DNA from: Vicugna vicugna
Taxonomy: Eukaryota
Direction: 5' to 3'
NCBI GenBank assembly: GCA_013265495.1
Contig: MU061750.1
Location: 403,216-467,215 of the forward strand
Length of the DNA: 64,000 nucleotides
This document shows, in pieces, positions 11,701 to 24,810 of this stretch. The notes below the pieces were generated by a model. The model saw nothing but the letters and a program-made list of their open reading frames with translations, was not told where the DNA came from and did no database searches. The position numbers and the translations under genes were made by a program. The stretch's first letter is position 1; each line of letters opens with the position of its first letter.

Positions 11701-14129
11701 CTGAATTATTGATGAAGAAGAGGAACATTATCTCCAAAGTGATTCTGAGAGTAGAAGTGTGAGAATCTGGAGGTTAATTGTGCCGTGATGGGAAAACCAA
11801 AGAGGGTATGAATTCAGTGTAAATTTCAGTGCTGAAGAGATGCCTCAGTGGCGATATCCTATTGGAGTCTGTGCGCATGGAACTCAGTGAGAGTGAGATG
11901 GGGGCTGGGACGCAGTCTAGGTGCTAAGGATTAGAGAAGAGGATTGGGGTTTTCAATGGAAACATTGGAAATTTGACTTTAAGAAAAATACTTTTCTTGT
12001 ATTCATGAGTCCAGTATTCCAGAGGGAAATGAAATACCATTATGCTATTTAAATCAGCGTATTTTCCCCAGTCTACGGTGATGGGATTGTAAATAAAGTT
12101 ATGGAGTGAGAGAAAAGGCAGCCCCCCCCCTTTTTTTTCATGAGGCTCAGGCTGTGTCCTCTGAAAGTGGTAAACACAGAAGAACAAGAAAAGACCTACT
12201 TTAAAGCGAGTATTAAAATACAAGTATTGACACACGTCTGCTTGTCTCCCTTGCCAAAGAATTGCTTTCTTGTTTTCTCCGCTTTATCCTTTCTCACATT
12301 CAGTGTGGCTGTATTCATTAGTGCCTCATGGTCCGATGAGGGAACTGAAGATGCTGCTAAAACTTAGCCAATAAAAAGACGTTTGTAGAGCCTTCCTTGA
12401 TATTATTACAAGATGAATGAAATCAAATAACTGAAAACGCACTTCCTCTGGAACTGGTGAGTTCCAACAGTGTAGTTCTTTTCCATCTACTAAGAAAATC
12501 CCTGGTCCCTGCCATCACCTGTATTGTCCTCCATGAGACAAGAAATTCCTCTCAAAAACGCCTTCTTAGCTAAATAAAAATAAGACTAGGGAAATGGGCC
12601 GTCCTCTTGGTAGAGGAGATGTTCTCTGAGAGTGTGTTGGTGGGGCGTGTACCTGGTCAGTCTTTCTATTTTGGTTAGTCTGTTCCCTTACCCTGAGCTT
12701 CCAGGAAGCTAAGATAATTCTGACTACCTTTGTGTGCCTGATAAGCTGGCAAACTGGTTTGATCTTAGTGGGTTTTCCTTGGACCAACTGAAAAAAAAGA
12801 ATGATTTAATTACTTTCCTTCTTTTTCAAATGAGAGATCCACCTGCTGATTCTTCCACATGACTGCTTTTTAATTTCCACCACAGGTCATTCAAGTTGCT
12901 TCCTTGTCTTCTGCATTTGGTGAAAAATCCACTCAGATTCATCTCTTTAAAAAAAAAAGTGCAATCTTTGGCAGTACTGAGTTTTTCCACAATTGAAATC
13001 AAAGTAAGAAAATGCCTTTGGGATTCCTGGCTTCAGAGAAGAACTAGGGCATATCCATTCAACAGCCAACATTTTAGTCATGCTAATGAACTTCCCTGAC
13101 TAGAAATTATTTTCATGGCAGTGAATATAACTCTCTCCTACCTTGTTCCAAGGCTGATATCTATTATCAATTTTGAAGAATTATTGTCAAAGAAAAAGAT
13201 TTATTTTGCCGCAAAATTGAGTAGGGACGCAATTGGGGTGATCCAATGATTCCTGGATTATACTAAGCTATTAACTGACTGTCTCTTATAATTCTGCACA
13301 ATACACACCATTGGAGACATTGTTCAACAGAACATTAACTACCATCTTGCTACTGCCAAGTGTTCTAGATGCATTCAGGTAGTCTATAATTAATGCACCT
13401 GCAGAGCTGCGCAAAGGACTTCATACACTATCCATTTCAGTGGAAAGCAGCCGGATTGGCATCTGCACAACAGGTGCAGCTCAGGACAAGCACAGAAAGG
13501 CCAGGTTCTAACTAGAAAACTTAATCCCTTTCAGCATGGACCAACGAGCTTGAGATTTCTTTGGATAACAGCACTATGAAAGATGCAGAGTAGGACGTGG
13601 TCAGGGCTACAGAGAGGATAGGAAACCTGGTGCCTGAGTATGAGTTATATTAGTTGGAGAAGTAACAGTGATGTGTAAGGGGCACTGAGACAAGGGGATT
13701 TGGACATAGATAAAGGGCACCAGGTCTGGGATGCCAGAGGAGTTTCCAGAAACATGAAGTGACTTATTCCAATCTTTATTCGGCCCAATATCTGTTCAGA
13801 TCAACCACATATGTGAATTTTCAATGACCATCGGAGAAATTTAAAAACAAAGCAGAAAATAATAGCTTAAAGATGACACTAGTTTTGATTTTTGTGTCTA
13901 TTCTTTGGGTTAGTAGGTTACAAATATAGCTCTTTGTGCATTATTTTAAGACCATTTATTTAGGAAACTCAAGGTGATTTTATAACTCTATAGCATCTCC
14001 CATGTATGTGGCACCTACCGTGCACAGGACGCTTCACACCGGGGTAAGGAGAGCCAGCATTCTAACGCGAGTCTGTCCTTCTTCGAAGCCAGTGCTCTCC
14101 ACCCACAGCTGCACCACTCTCCCCCTCAA

Positions 14130-14545
14130 TCACCCTGCTCTGGCTACATGACCTCGCCGTTCCTCAGTGTGCTGTCAAGCTCACCTGTCCTCAATATTTG
14201 CTACTGTCTCTGTTTCGAGCGCTTTCCCCAGCCCTTCTTGTGCCTGGGTCTTTTATTCATTCAGATTTTAGATTCAATGTCTCCTCTCTCTAGACTTGTC
14301 TTTTCTGAAACCCGTGACATCACTGACTGCCGAGTTTCTGACTATTTCGTATCCTTCTATTTCATATCCTTCACAGCACTCACCACAGTCTGAGATTGTA
14401 ATATCTGTCTGTTTGTCATCTGCCTAACTGCACGAGAATGTTGACGACAAAGATTTTGCTTGTCTTGGTCACTACTGCCTTGCCCAGCTAAGACAGAGTT
14501 TGCTAGGTATCAGGAACCAAACAGTCATATTTGGAATTAATCAAG
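14130..14545 (+). mobile_element. L2 3' region
   Basis: ccttcacagcactcaccacagtctgagatt...ttttgcttgtcttggtcactactg...ggtatcagg...atatttggaattaat. Confidence 0.65.
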
Positions 14546-14947
14546 TGTAACTCTTAGTTCCTAGGAGGTGGTTTGACATTCAGGGTAGTGGTAGCCTATT
14601 AATGGAAGCGTTAATTTGCCATTAGAGATGGGATAAAATTTGAATTCTGACTTTGAAAATAAAGATAACATTGGATGACAGGGAAGGAAGTATGCATTCA
14701 GAGAGAATTACAAGATTCATAATGAGAAAGGAACAAAAATAAATATAAAAATAAATAATATAAATATTTATACTGAAGAAATGTTTATTCAGTATTTACT
14801 AGGATAGGATGACCATAGGTCCATTTTACATCTGTTGGTCTAGAGTGTAATTATTAAAAATGTCCCCTTTCACTCTTTTATTTTTATTGAAGCATAGTTG
14901 ATTCACAATGTTGTGCTAGTTTCTGGTATACAGCAAAATGATTCAGT

Positions 14948-14950
<3 letters not shown>

Positions 14951-14979
<29 letters not shown>
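14951..14979. repeat. (AC)14 microsatellite inside the L1 3' UTR
   Basis: Seen directly. Confidence 0.98.
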
Positions 14980-14984
<5 letters not shown>

Positions 14985-15497
14985 TCTTTTTCAGATTCTT
15001 TTCCATTGCAGGTTATTACGAGGTATTGAATATAGTTCCCTTTGGTATACAGTAGGTTCTTGCTGTTTATCTATTTTATATATATAGTAGTGTGTATCTG
15101 TTAATCCCAAACTCCTAATTATACCTCCCCCTCTTTTCCCCTTTGGTAACCATAAGTTTGCTTTCTATGTCTGTGAATCTAGTTCTGTTTTGTAAATAAA
15201 TTCATTTGTGTTGTTTATTTTAGATTCCACAAGTAAGTGATATCATATGATATTTGTCTTTCTTTGTCTGGCTTACTTCACTTAGTATGATAATCCCTAG
15301 GTCCATCTATGTTGCCGCAAATGGCATTATTTCATTCTTTTTTAGGGCTGAGTTCCATTCCATTGTGTGTATGTACCACATCTTCTTTATCCAGAAATCT
15401 GTTGATGGCCATTTAGGCTACTTCCATGTCTTGGCTGTTGTATATAGGGCCACTATGAACATTGGAATGTGTGTATCTTTTTGAATTAGAGCTTCTG

Positions 15498-15656
15498 NNN
15501 NNNNNNNNNNNNNNNNNNNNNNNNNNNNNNNNNNNNNNNNNNNNNNNNNNNNNNNNNNNNNNNNNNNNNNNNNNNNNNNNNNNNNNNNNNNNNNNNNNNN
15601 NNNNNNNNNNNNNNNNNNNNNNNNNNNNNNNNNNNNNNNNNNNNNNNNNNNNNNNN
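15498..15656. other. N run (159 nt)
   Basis: Seen directly. Confidence 1.
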
Positions 15657-15704
15657 TCACTCTTGAAGGTGTTCCTACTTGGATGACAAAGCCTCTGACC
15701 TTCT

Positions 15705-15850
15705 TAACTATGAGTTCAGCACTGTTCTAGGCAATAAAGATGGTACAGTGCACAAGACAGTCCCCCATGTGGTGAAGCTAGCAGCCTGGTAGAGGAGACA
15801 TACATCAAACCAATAATCCACCAATAGCAAGACCCAATAGTGAGAAGTGC
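15705..15850 (-). mobile_element. L2 fragment
   Basis: gcactgttctaggcaataaagat...aagacagtccccc...gaagctagcagcctggtagaggagaca. Confidence 0.6.
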
Positions 15851-15859
15851 TCTGCTTTT

Positions 15860-16020
15860 TTAGTTTTCAACACACTTTCATGTACATAATGTTATTTGAT
15901 CTTTCCATCAATTCTGTGATGGAGAACATTAATAATTGCTTCTAAAGGAAGAGGAAACTTGCTGAGAAGATAGTCAAGGCTAATTAGCAGCAGAGCTAGG
16001 ATGAGAACTCAATCAGGAAA
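15860..16020 (-). mobile_element. MIR fragment
   Basis: acactttcatgtacataatgttatttgatctttc...gaggaaacttg...gcagagctaggatgagaac. Confidence 0.6.
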
Positions 16021-16329
16021 ATGCCTGCCTTCTAAGGAGACTTTAAACTTAGTTCCAAAGAGTGAAAGAATAAGAAAAATGCTCATTTTTATCTTACTTA
16101 ATGAGGCTTAGAATCTTTCCAGACATTTTTGGAAATCCTCTCACTGGTATCATCTTGAGGCAACTCAGTGCCACCTCTACAGATTTCTCTAGTAGAAAAA
16201 GACAATAATTTTGGAAAGGATTTCCTGTGTACTTATTTTCAGCCACATTGTTGTGCCTTGTTCAAACTGGGCTCAAGTCTTTAGCTCTGTAGTTTACAGC
16301 ATAAGTAGCGAATCATTGTAGCTAAGAGC

Positions 16330-16892
16330 TGTGGTGCTGGTCTCCAAACAGGGGTCCCCCCTGTGAATCACACTCCCCAGTATTTACACTCTGTGTAATC
16401 TCCTCCCCTGGAATCTGGGTGGACCCCGTGACTTGCTTTTGACCAACAGAATGGAGGGAAGTGATGCTGCATGACCTTCAAGGTTAGGTAAATAGAAACT
16501 TTCCAGCTTCTTCTTGGAGTTCTTGGATTTCTCACAGAGGGGGAAGCCAGCTGCCAGGTAAGAAATCTGACTATCTTGAGACCATGATGCTGTGAGGAAG
16601 CACGAGCTACCCATGCTGGAAGGACTGTAGATACAGAGAAAGAAGGACAGCCAGTCCCCAGCAATTCTAGACATCCCTGTGGAGGTGCCAAACTTGTGAG
16701 TGAAAAGCCATTTCGGATGTCCTGCCCAGTTATGTCTTCATGTGACTCCAGCCCCAGCTGCCATCTGATTATAACTGCTTGAGGGACCCCAAGTGAGAAC
16801 GCTCTCTGAGCCCAGTTGTCTTGACAGAAATAATAAGAAATTGTTGGTTTTAGCCACTAATTTTTGAGGGCAGTAATAGACACCAGAATCAC
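16330..16892 (+). mobile_element. MaLR solo LTR, MLT1F/G/H group
   Basis: tgtggt start; ggtggaccccgtgacttgcttttgaccaacagaatgg; gggaagccagctgcca; ccccagctgccatctgattataactg; gagaccc-like; ttttagccactaa. Confidence 0.85.
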
Positions 16893-16899
16893 AGCTGGG

Positions 16900-17120
16900 A
16901 CTCAAAAGCCAATTGGCTTGTCCTTGGTCCTGTCTCAGCTCCTTGCTGGCTTTGTGATCTTGGGCAAGTTACCTAACATTTTATGCCTCAGTTTCTTCAT
17001 TTGAAAATGGGTATCATAATAGTACCTACCTTACAGGTTTATTGTAGGGGTTAACTTATTATGTGAAAAGCAGAGCTTGGCAGTAGAAAGGACTCCATAA
17101 AGATTAGCTATTATTACCAT
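16900..17120 (+). mobile_element. MIR
   Basis: tgtgatcttgggcaagttacctaac...gcctcagtttcttcatttgaaaatgggtatcataatagtacctacc. Confidence 0.9.
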
Positions 17121-17299
17121 GAACTGTAAGTCAAGATGAATCTTACTAATCTATCAAATCTGTTTCTCTTAAATGCTTCATGGATACTGCAAGAAACAAA
17201 GAATCACATTTGCTTACTTACCTCTGAGTCACTTGGGAACGAAAACAAGTACTGGATTTTGAGAGAGCAAAAATTGAAAACCAACATTAGGAAGAGAAT

Positions 17300-17470
17300 T
17301 CTGATCTTAGGAACTTGGTCGTGGGAGATCCCTCATCTGTAACATAGGGATGATAATAATTCTTAACCACACCGGGTTACTATGAGGTTGGAATGAATTA
17401 GTGAATGTTAGAACCTTACCGCAGTGCCTGGCTCCAAGTGAGCCTTCTGTGTATTTTATCTACGAGTGCC
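17300..17470 (+). mobile_element. MIR fragment
   Basis: cctcatctgtaacatagggatgataataa...gggttactatgagg...cagtgcctggc. Confidence 0.7.
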
Positions 17471-17628
17471 ATTATCATCCTTTCTCTCAGACATTTTCCC
17501 CCAAGAGCCGCCTCAGGATTTTCCCATCATTCACGAGAGACAACATGGTCTTCTGAAATGCTCAGGCGACGGATTCCTAGTTCTATATGGACCGACTGCA
17601 AAGCGGCTCCTCTTGCTGTTTTTAAGCT

Positions 17629-17856
17629 NNNNNNNNNNNNNNNNNNNNNNNNNNNNNNNNNNNNNNNNNNNNNNNNNNNNNNNNNNNNNNNNNNNNNNNN
17701 NNNNNNNNNNNNNNNNNNNNNNNNNNNNNNNNNNNNNNNNNNNNNNNNNNNNNNNNNNNNNNNNNNNNNNNNNNNNNNNNNNNNNNNNNNNNNNNNNNNN
17801 NNNNNNNNNNNNNNNNNNNNNNNNNNNNNNNNNNNNNNNNNNNNNNNNNNNNNNNN
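17629..17856. other. N run (228 nt)
   Basis: Seen directly. Confidence 1.
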
Positions 17857-17895
17857 TTGTTCCCTTTCTCTTTTCTCTTCCTCTCTCTCATTCTT

Positions 17896-17899
<4 letters not shown>

Positions 17900-17935
<36 letters not shown>
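17900..17935. repeat. (CA)17 microsatellite
   Basis: Seen directly. Confidence 0.98.
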
Positions 17936-17937
<2 letters not shown>

Positions 17938-18103
17938 AGACACTCGCATTCTGTGTTTTTCCTTTTAGCCTGAGTATTTTTTTTTTTAATAATGACACGA
18001 CCAGCAATAATTAATACAATCATTGGTTTCCTGCCTGAAGTTGTACTTATGTTAGCTATCTCATCGTGGGGAAATTTTCACTCCGGTGCCAGATCAATAG
18101 CAT

Positions 18104-18267
18104 NNNNNNNNNNNNNNNNNNNNNNNNNNNNNNNNNNNNNNNNNNNNNNNNNNNNNNNNNNNNNNNNNNNNNNNNNNNNNNNNNNNNNNNNNNNNNNNNN
18201 NNNNNNNNNNNNNNNNNNNNNNNNNNNNNNNNNNNNNNNNNNNNNNNNNNNNNNNNNNNNNNNNNNN
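18104..18267. other. N run (164 nt)
   Basis: Seen directly. Confidence 1.
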
Positions 18268-18744
18268 GCTTGTTTTCAAGAGCTGTAAAACCTAACTGCA
18301 TGGAGTGGATTTTTGAACACTCTTAAAATAAACATAAACTAAGCTTTGATAAAGAGATTTTTTTTTGGTTGGATTTACTGTTATCCTGTAACACTGTAAT
18401 ATTTGTGTATGCAGAAATGTTGTAGATGCAAGAAAACGTTAGTTGAATACAGTATAGAGAAATGTGGTGCAGACACACCAGGTGTAGGAGGGGCCAGCAA
18501 GGGAAAATTTGAGCCCCTTGCTAGATAATGACACTTTTGGACCCTACACACAACCGCTGGAAATGGAACCTTATCTGGTGACCTGCATTCTTTTGGGTGT
18601 CTGGGTGGATTTTTAGCTTGACATGGAACAGTGAATGGAATTTGTTTTCGTTCTGCTTGTGGAATCAGAGAATGTCAGATTTGAACTCTACCTTGAGGGA
18701 CCATCTAATGTGACTGCTCTCGTTTGGCTTTTAATCTGGGGGCT

Positions 18745-18945
18745 TTGACATAGGTTCTGCCCTACCACTCCACCACTTTGTTACCTCAAACCTTTGCTAC
18801 TTAAGTTCCCTGAAGCTCAGTTTCCACATCTGTGAAATGAGCATCACCCTTTCTACCTGGTTTTGAACTTTAGAAACAAGGAAAATAAAATGCTTAGCAT
18901 CCCACCTTATACAAAGTAGGTGCTCACAAAATAGTAGCTACAAGC
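18745..18945 (+). mobile_element. MIR
   Basis: acttaagttccctgaagctcagtttccacatctgtgaaatgag...agtaggtgctcacaaaatagtagcta. Confidence 0.75.
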
Positions 18946-19149
18946 CTCTTCTCCAGCAGAAGGACTGGTCCAGAATTACATTGTCTTGACAGTTCTTTTT
19001 TTTGACTACACAAAGTTTAGTCATTTAAAATTTAAAATTATTTAATTTTGAAAAAGAGTTTTATTGAATTAATAGATAACATTGCAACAAATAGACTGGG
19101 GAGGCATACCGTCCACAGCCATCCCCAGGTCCAGTCTTTAGAGGCACTG

Positions 19150-19425
19150 TCAATCATTTTCATTTTTAGGTTTTCTATTGATTATCTTCATATCTCTGGT
19201 TACTATTTCTTTACATTTCTTAATTTCTCAACTTTATAACATCCATTGGCTGCCTTCTGGTAAAGCCATTATATTTGGATCACTGCCTGTTGACTTCTTT
19301 TATTCCTATTCTCAATATTTGTTATATTTTGATCACACATTATTCTATATGTGCATTATTTTATTTTACATATATATGTATATATATATAGCTTTATATT
19401 CTATATTTGCATTATTTTATTTCAC

Positions 19426-19470
<45 letters not shown>

Positions 19471-21330
19471 GCTTTAAAACTTCTATTTCTTGTTTCACTA
19501 ACTTGTGACAAAATTTCCTCATTCCCCAAACTGAAAGATGATGGTAATTTTGCTCTTACCTGCCACATCCCACATTCTGTCAGCTACATTTTTACATAGT
19601 CAGGCTTGTTAACATTCACATTTTATCTTATAATCATAGCCAGGAATTCTGAGCTTTGTCTGTATTGACCTAAAATCTGAGAACCAATCATCATATGTAT
19701 ACACATGTACAATGATTATATGTATATTATTGTGACTTTGTAAATATTGTTCCCTCCTGGACCAGTTTGCTAAGGTTCCATTTACCTCTCTTCAGGTTCA
19801 GTGCCCCAAGCCAATAGGAGGACAATGTTGCTAGCATCAAGATAAAGTGGATTTTCTTTTCTTATGTCCCATGAATGGCCACGTTTTGGTTTGTCTAATA
19901 TAGTCTGAGACTTTCTTGTAAAACTTTCCTATATTCCATGAAATTTTTGCTTTACCTCTTTGACACAATTTACTTTTATTGAATCCATGCTCTTAATTAT
20001 TTTTATCCTAGAGTTACTCTTCACATTTTATGAGTCCCACCCTCCCGCCTCCTCTACTCACCTGGTTCCTCTCTGAGGCCAGCTGTACTGCTGTTCTCCA
20101 GGACTGCTTTGTTTTTCTGGCTGGACCTACACTTTGCTTCCTTCATTTACTGGAGTGCATCTTCAGCCAGGTTTCTAAGAAATATGAAGGAGGTGGATTA
20201 TGTTCCTGGACCCTTGCATATATGCACAGATCTTTATCCCCCTCACTTGATTGGTAATTTAGCTGGGTATAGAATTCTAAGTTGGAAATAATTTTTCTTT
20301 AGAATTTTGAAAGGCATTGCTCCATTGCCTTCTAGCCTCCAATATTATTGATGAAAATTCTAATGCTTGTCTAATTTTTCTTCCTTTGTAGTTACTTATT
20401 ATTGTCTCCATAAGTTTTTAGGACTTTCTCTTTCTCACTGAGGTATTCAGATTTCTCAAGGATGTGTCTAAGTGTGGGCATTTTATCATTTAACATGGTG
20501 GACACTGTATTCAAGTTCAAACTGTAGACTTGTGTCTATATTTCCTCTCGGAAAGTCTCTTCTATTATTTCTTTAATTCTTTTTCTTCTACTTCTCTACT
20601 TTCTCCATTCTTTTTCTCCAAGAATCTTACATACTCTTTTTCTTCCATGCTACTGCTACTGAGTCCCTTAATATGCCTTGTTTTATTCACTCATATTTTA
20701 AGAAAGACAATATATAGATAGTGTGGGTTTCCTCTACTGTTGTTTATGTAAGACAATTAATTTTCCCAAAGTATCTCTCCCATAACTGGCAGTTCTACAT
20801 GAAGTGGAGTGGAGTCGGGTAGATGTGTCCTTTAGAAGGCTTCATTTTAGAATAAGCAGGCAAAATAATTTACTGGCAGGATAAAGCTTTCTCAAATTCC
20901 AGAAGACAGGCAACTACTGTGGGGGACCAATATTCTCACTTGAATCCTTTGTTTCCTTCTGACATCTTCTGCCACTTTTCTATCTATCGGAAACTCTCTG
21001 TCCCCCTTTTTAGTCTGGGGATAAATGCTGGTGCCTGATGCATAAAGAAATCTTCAATTAATTCTCTGTTTTTAGCCTCATTTATAACTTTTTCCCTCCA
21101 TAGGACCTTTCAACTCTGAACCTAAAGTCTGTCTTGTGTTATCAAGGGCAGATCAGCATTCTCCTTCTCTGAAGCTCTGAACACAACATACTCTGTGGTA
21201 AGTTTTTATCCTCCATTATTTTATTAAAATTTTTTTCTATGTTATATTACAATGTTTTCTCAGGGAATATGGTTGGCCATGGTGTGTGCCCAATTTTCCT
21301 CCTTGAACTCAAACAAGACATAGAGATTTA
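19150..21330 (-). mobile_element. HAL1 or old L1M ORF1-containing element
   Basis: cacttgattggtaatttagctgggtatagaattctaagttggaaataattttt...tttgaaaggcattgctccattgccttctagc...ggatgtgtctaagtgtggg is antisense HAL1/L1 ORF1-like. Confidence 0.6.
19429..19466. repeat. (TG)19 microsatellite
   Basis: Seen directly. Confidence 0.98.
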
Positions 21331-24300
21331 AAGTTTTAACACTTACTCGGTTTTCTTAAAGAGTGAATCAACGGTTATCTAAACACAGTTTTGCCCAGGT
21401 TATATGACTTTAATTTCCTTACCTTTTATTCATAAGGCATATGATATAAGCTTAATTTTTTCTCTTTATTTTCTCCAGGTTTCTGAAGTATTATTTAAAA
21501 AGTATGATGTATCAGTATGGTGCTTTAAAGCAAGTTAAAATCCTTACTCAGAAAAAAAAAGATTAAATTTTCAACCCTATAATAACAATAATTAAGGACA
21601 TATATGCACTTATATGAATCTATATCTAAGTAGTTTATTTTCATAAAAAGTCTTAAATAAAAATTGTATATTTAACAAAACTACCATCACCCAGTAAAGT
21701 CATAATGGTACGTTGTACTGAATTTGAAATTGCATAAATATTAGAAGAAGAAGAAAAAAAAGGACTCCATTGGCTAATCCCATATGTCTGAATCAGGTGA
21801 AACACCTATTAAATAAATATATGAATGAATTATTATAAAAACCAGTATAAATTTGTCATCTCCCACTTATTTTAATTATTGATAGATGTGAATTTTAAAA
21901 CTGACTTATGACATTGTTGGGAGACTTAAGTGTTCTTTGGAAATTTCAGCATTTGATGAGAGAAATTTTTATGGTATCTGAGTGAACATTTTCTAGCAAC
22001 AGAGGTTCTGAAAAAAGTCTGGCCAAACTTAATGTACTTCTTCATAATGATGGGATATAAAAGGAAAAATAACATGTGTTATCAAAAGTTTTAAATTAGC
22101 ACGATGCTATTTTATCTTATTTGCTAGATTTCAGTCACTTACGTAGTCAATTAAAACTCTCCAAACCTGAACTGTTGGTTGACTATTTTTGTGGAAAAGT
22201 TTCCAAGACACGAGTTTTCGGGAAAACGGCACCTGAGATTCCCTGGATCTAGTTCATGTTGCTCATTTTACAGGCAGCCAAGGGAGAGATTCCACGGGAG
22301 TTATTGGGCTTCTGCTGCACAATAATTCAGCAAGACTGGAAGTCTGTTATTGGGAAATAATTTCAGCTTGCCGCTGAGGTTACAGGGCAATAAATGGCTC
22401 CTTTCTGTATACTTAAAGTTTACCCAGCACGTTTATGTGGCCATTTTTTTGCCTTGTGTACTTATGTATGAGTTAAATCATCACTACTGTATCACATTTA
22501 CATTAAAGCTCTTTCTTATTTCCCTATCTTTTAAAAGTACCTTTTCTTTCTGTCTTTTACGATCTCTGTTTCTGTTGTCATTTCTCTCGTCTCTCTGGTT
22601 TCCCTTTAGCTGTCACCTATGCTAAAAACAGTTCACATATTTCTGTGTATGAAAGTCCCCAAATGATCCAGATTAAATATATGCTTTTAGTTTCAATTAA
22701 AACAAAACATCCTTCTCTTAGAATTGGTACTTTGTAAGAAATGATAAAATACTGTGAAAATTTCACATATTTTTACTCATTATCCAAGGCTTAAGTGACA
22801 TAGTCCAGTTCAAGTTTGTTTCAGAAAATATTTCGTGCTACCATTGAGAGTCTTGAAAAATATGTAGGTTTTAGGTAGTTTACTCAAGGAAAAAAACTGG
22901 CAAGCACGCAAATATCTTTAGCTTGATTTTATGCCTTAAATATTACTATGGATTTCAAATATCTCTAAAAGATAAAAAAAAAACTAAGTAAAAGGAATAT
23001 ACATAATAGTTACATTAGATATAACATACTCAATAGTTCTAATGTTTGTATGGTAGATAAAAAATACATACTTTAATTCCATGTTGAAAATAGGTAAGCA
23101 AAAATGTTCCTAAAGGAAAAGAATACTTTTTTTTTCTTTTTTGGTTGTACAGTGTTTCAATCTTTTAATCCAATTTCTTTGTTAACTTATACTATTACTG
23201 TTTCCAGGCTATTTTTACTGAATATTTTGATGACCTGTAAAAACCACTAGTTTTGTGGAAAGAATAACATTTTTAGAATTAGATGCAAAGGATACCTTAT
23301 AGGATTTGTTTCCTTTTCACAAATTAATTTCTTTAAAAATACATTAAAAATGAATTATAGATGTAGTCCCCAAATGAATTTTTAGGTATCTTCCAAATTC
23401 CCATTTTGGAAATCTTTTCTACAGTTATAAACGTAAAAAACGCATTCTTTTCACATATTTATTTTAGCTACCAGAATTGCTGGTCTATTCAAGTTCCAGA
23501 AAAATCAGGAAATATTAAAGTTAAGAGACATACTATTATGGTTTACATTTTAAATTTGACATGTCACAAATGTCTTTCTCTTGCAAAGGTTACCATACCT
23601 GAGCATTCCAAATACAATGTATTTATAAAAAGGTGGAGACACAGTTTGTAGTGAATGTAAATAGATCATAAACACAAAGGAACAGGGAACCTGAGCAAAT
23701 GTAACATACCCTCCACAGTCAACACCCTTGGGCGAATGTAGCCTGGGTCTGTTACATGGTGTGTAACATCCCTATGTTGGGCAAGGTACCAGCGAGCAGG
23801 GGAGAAACTTGGGGCGGGAGAGAGAGTAGGAATCTAGCCTGAATTTGAACCCCGTGGTTACGGCATTCCTCTTGTGGGCGTGGCCAAATCTTGAAATGGA
23901 CCAAATCTCAGTTTTCTCCTCTGAAAAATGGCCCGTCTAACAGTTCTATGTTTATCCAATGAGAAAATTCTTCAGAAATTGTTTGGATAACTATACAGGA
24001 CAAAATATATACAAAGTATTATTAGAAAGACAAATGCTTAACTATAGTAATAGAGCTGGAGAGGCAGGTGAGGGAAAGAACTGCAAAAAAAAAACGAAAT
24101 TAGAGAAGGTAAAACATTTTTAGATTAAAGCAATTTCAAAAGTAATTTTGGTTTGTAGATAAATAGATGTGGGTTTCATTTGGCTGTTTTGGAATCAGCA
24201 TAGTAGTGTAGTTCATTACAGATTTTGATTTATAGTTTGAGTCAATAAATTTCTTTGAATAAAATCACTTCTTGTTTTTTCTTGTATGAAAAAGAAATTA

Positions 24301-24469
24301 TCTGGGAATATTTTCATACTTTTCTGCAAACAGTTTAAAGAGTTAGACTAACATAGTAAATGGAGATGTGGTTACTAAGATACTGTGTTTTGAATTGTCA
24401 CTTTTTCTTTTTCATTTCACTGAAACATTTCTAAATTAAATAATCCCTCATTTGCTGTGCTGAGACAGT

Positions 24470-24810
24470 CTACCCATGTCCTGCACTGGTTTTCGGCTAC
24501 AGTGGTTAACCTTCTCTGGACACACATATAGAGGTCCAACAGAATTTGGTGGCGTGAAAGGACTTTATTGTCCCATCTGAAACATGATGATGTCCCACAC
24601 CATCTTAGGTTATTGTTCTGTGGCCCAGAGCCCAAAGTAGATTCTGTTCTACCCAGAAGCAGCACCTTCTCGGTGGTTGTTCTAAGTAGGCATGGCCAAT
24701 TAAGCAAAGAAGAGGGCAGACTAGAGAAGAAAAAGTTTAAATTCCCATTCCTGGGACAAAATCGAGCTGCCGCACTGCATGATTCCAGGTGATTGTGTAC
24801 TGGGGTGGTT
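24470..24810. mobile_element. Possible ancient DeuSINE (AmnSINE-like) remnant
   Basis: Collinear short blocks on the minus strand (aggtgctgc, ctctgggcca, atggtgt, tttcagatgggac, ttaacc, acatgggta) resemble my recollection of AmnSINE1. A Deu-like block also appears on the plus strand at 24765-24808. Not computed. Confidence 0.35.

Larger units (their letters stand above)
14878..15656 (-). mobile_element. Cetartiodactyl-type L1 3' fragment
   Basis: T tail, then ttgaagcatagttgattcacaatgttgtg, L1 3' UTR and ORF2 C-terminal remnant (KDTHIPMFIVALYTTAKTWK). TSD tcactctt at 14870-14877 and 15657-15664; the 5' end is in Ns. Confidence 0.92.
14805..15700. mobile_element. MER81-like hAT-Blackjack MITE, split by an L1
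   Basis: Left part taggatgaccata...gtaattattaaaaatgtcccctttcactctt; right part tcactcttgaaggtgttcctacttggatgac resumes after the L1. Confidence 0.65.

Noticed and set aside
16160-16185. Partial CTCF-like motifs (cagtgccacctctac; also 39945-39960 and 61518-61532)
   Set aside because: Each departs from the consensus at several core positions, so none can be supported without PWM scoring or ChIP data.
17405-18326. Long ORFs across N runs (also 40397-40930, 55017-55355, 15418-15686, 39420-39894)
   Set aside because: They are open only because Ns translate as X, and in places because of (CA)n tracts.
21455-21560. Strong plus-strand acceptor (tttattttctccag|G at 21478) with a donor at 21140
   Set aside because: It lies in or beside an antisense HAL1/L1 tract where cryptic sites are common, and all frames close quickly.
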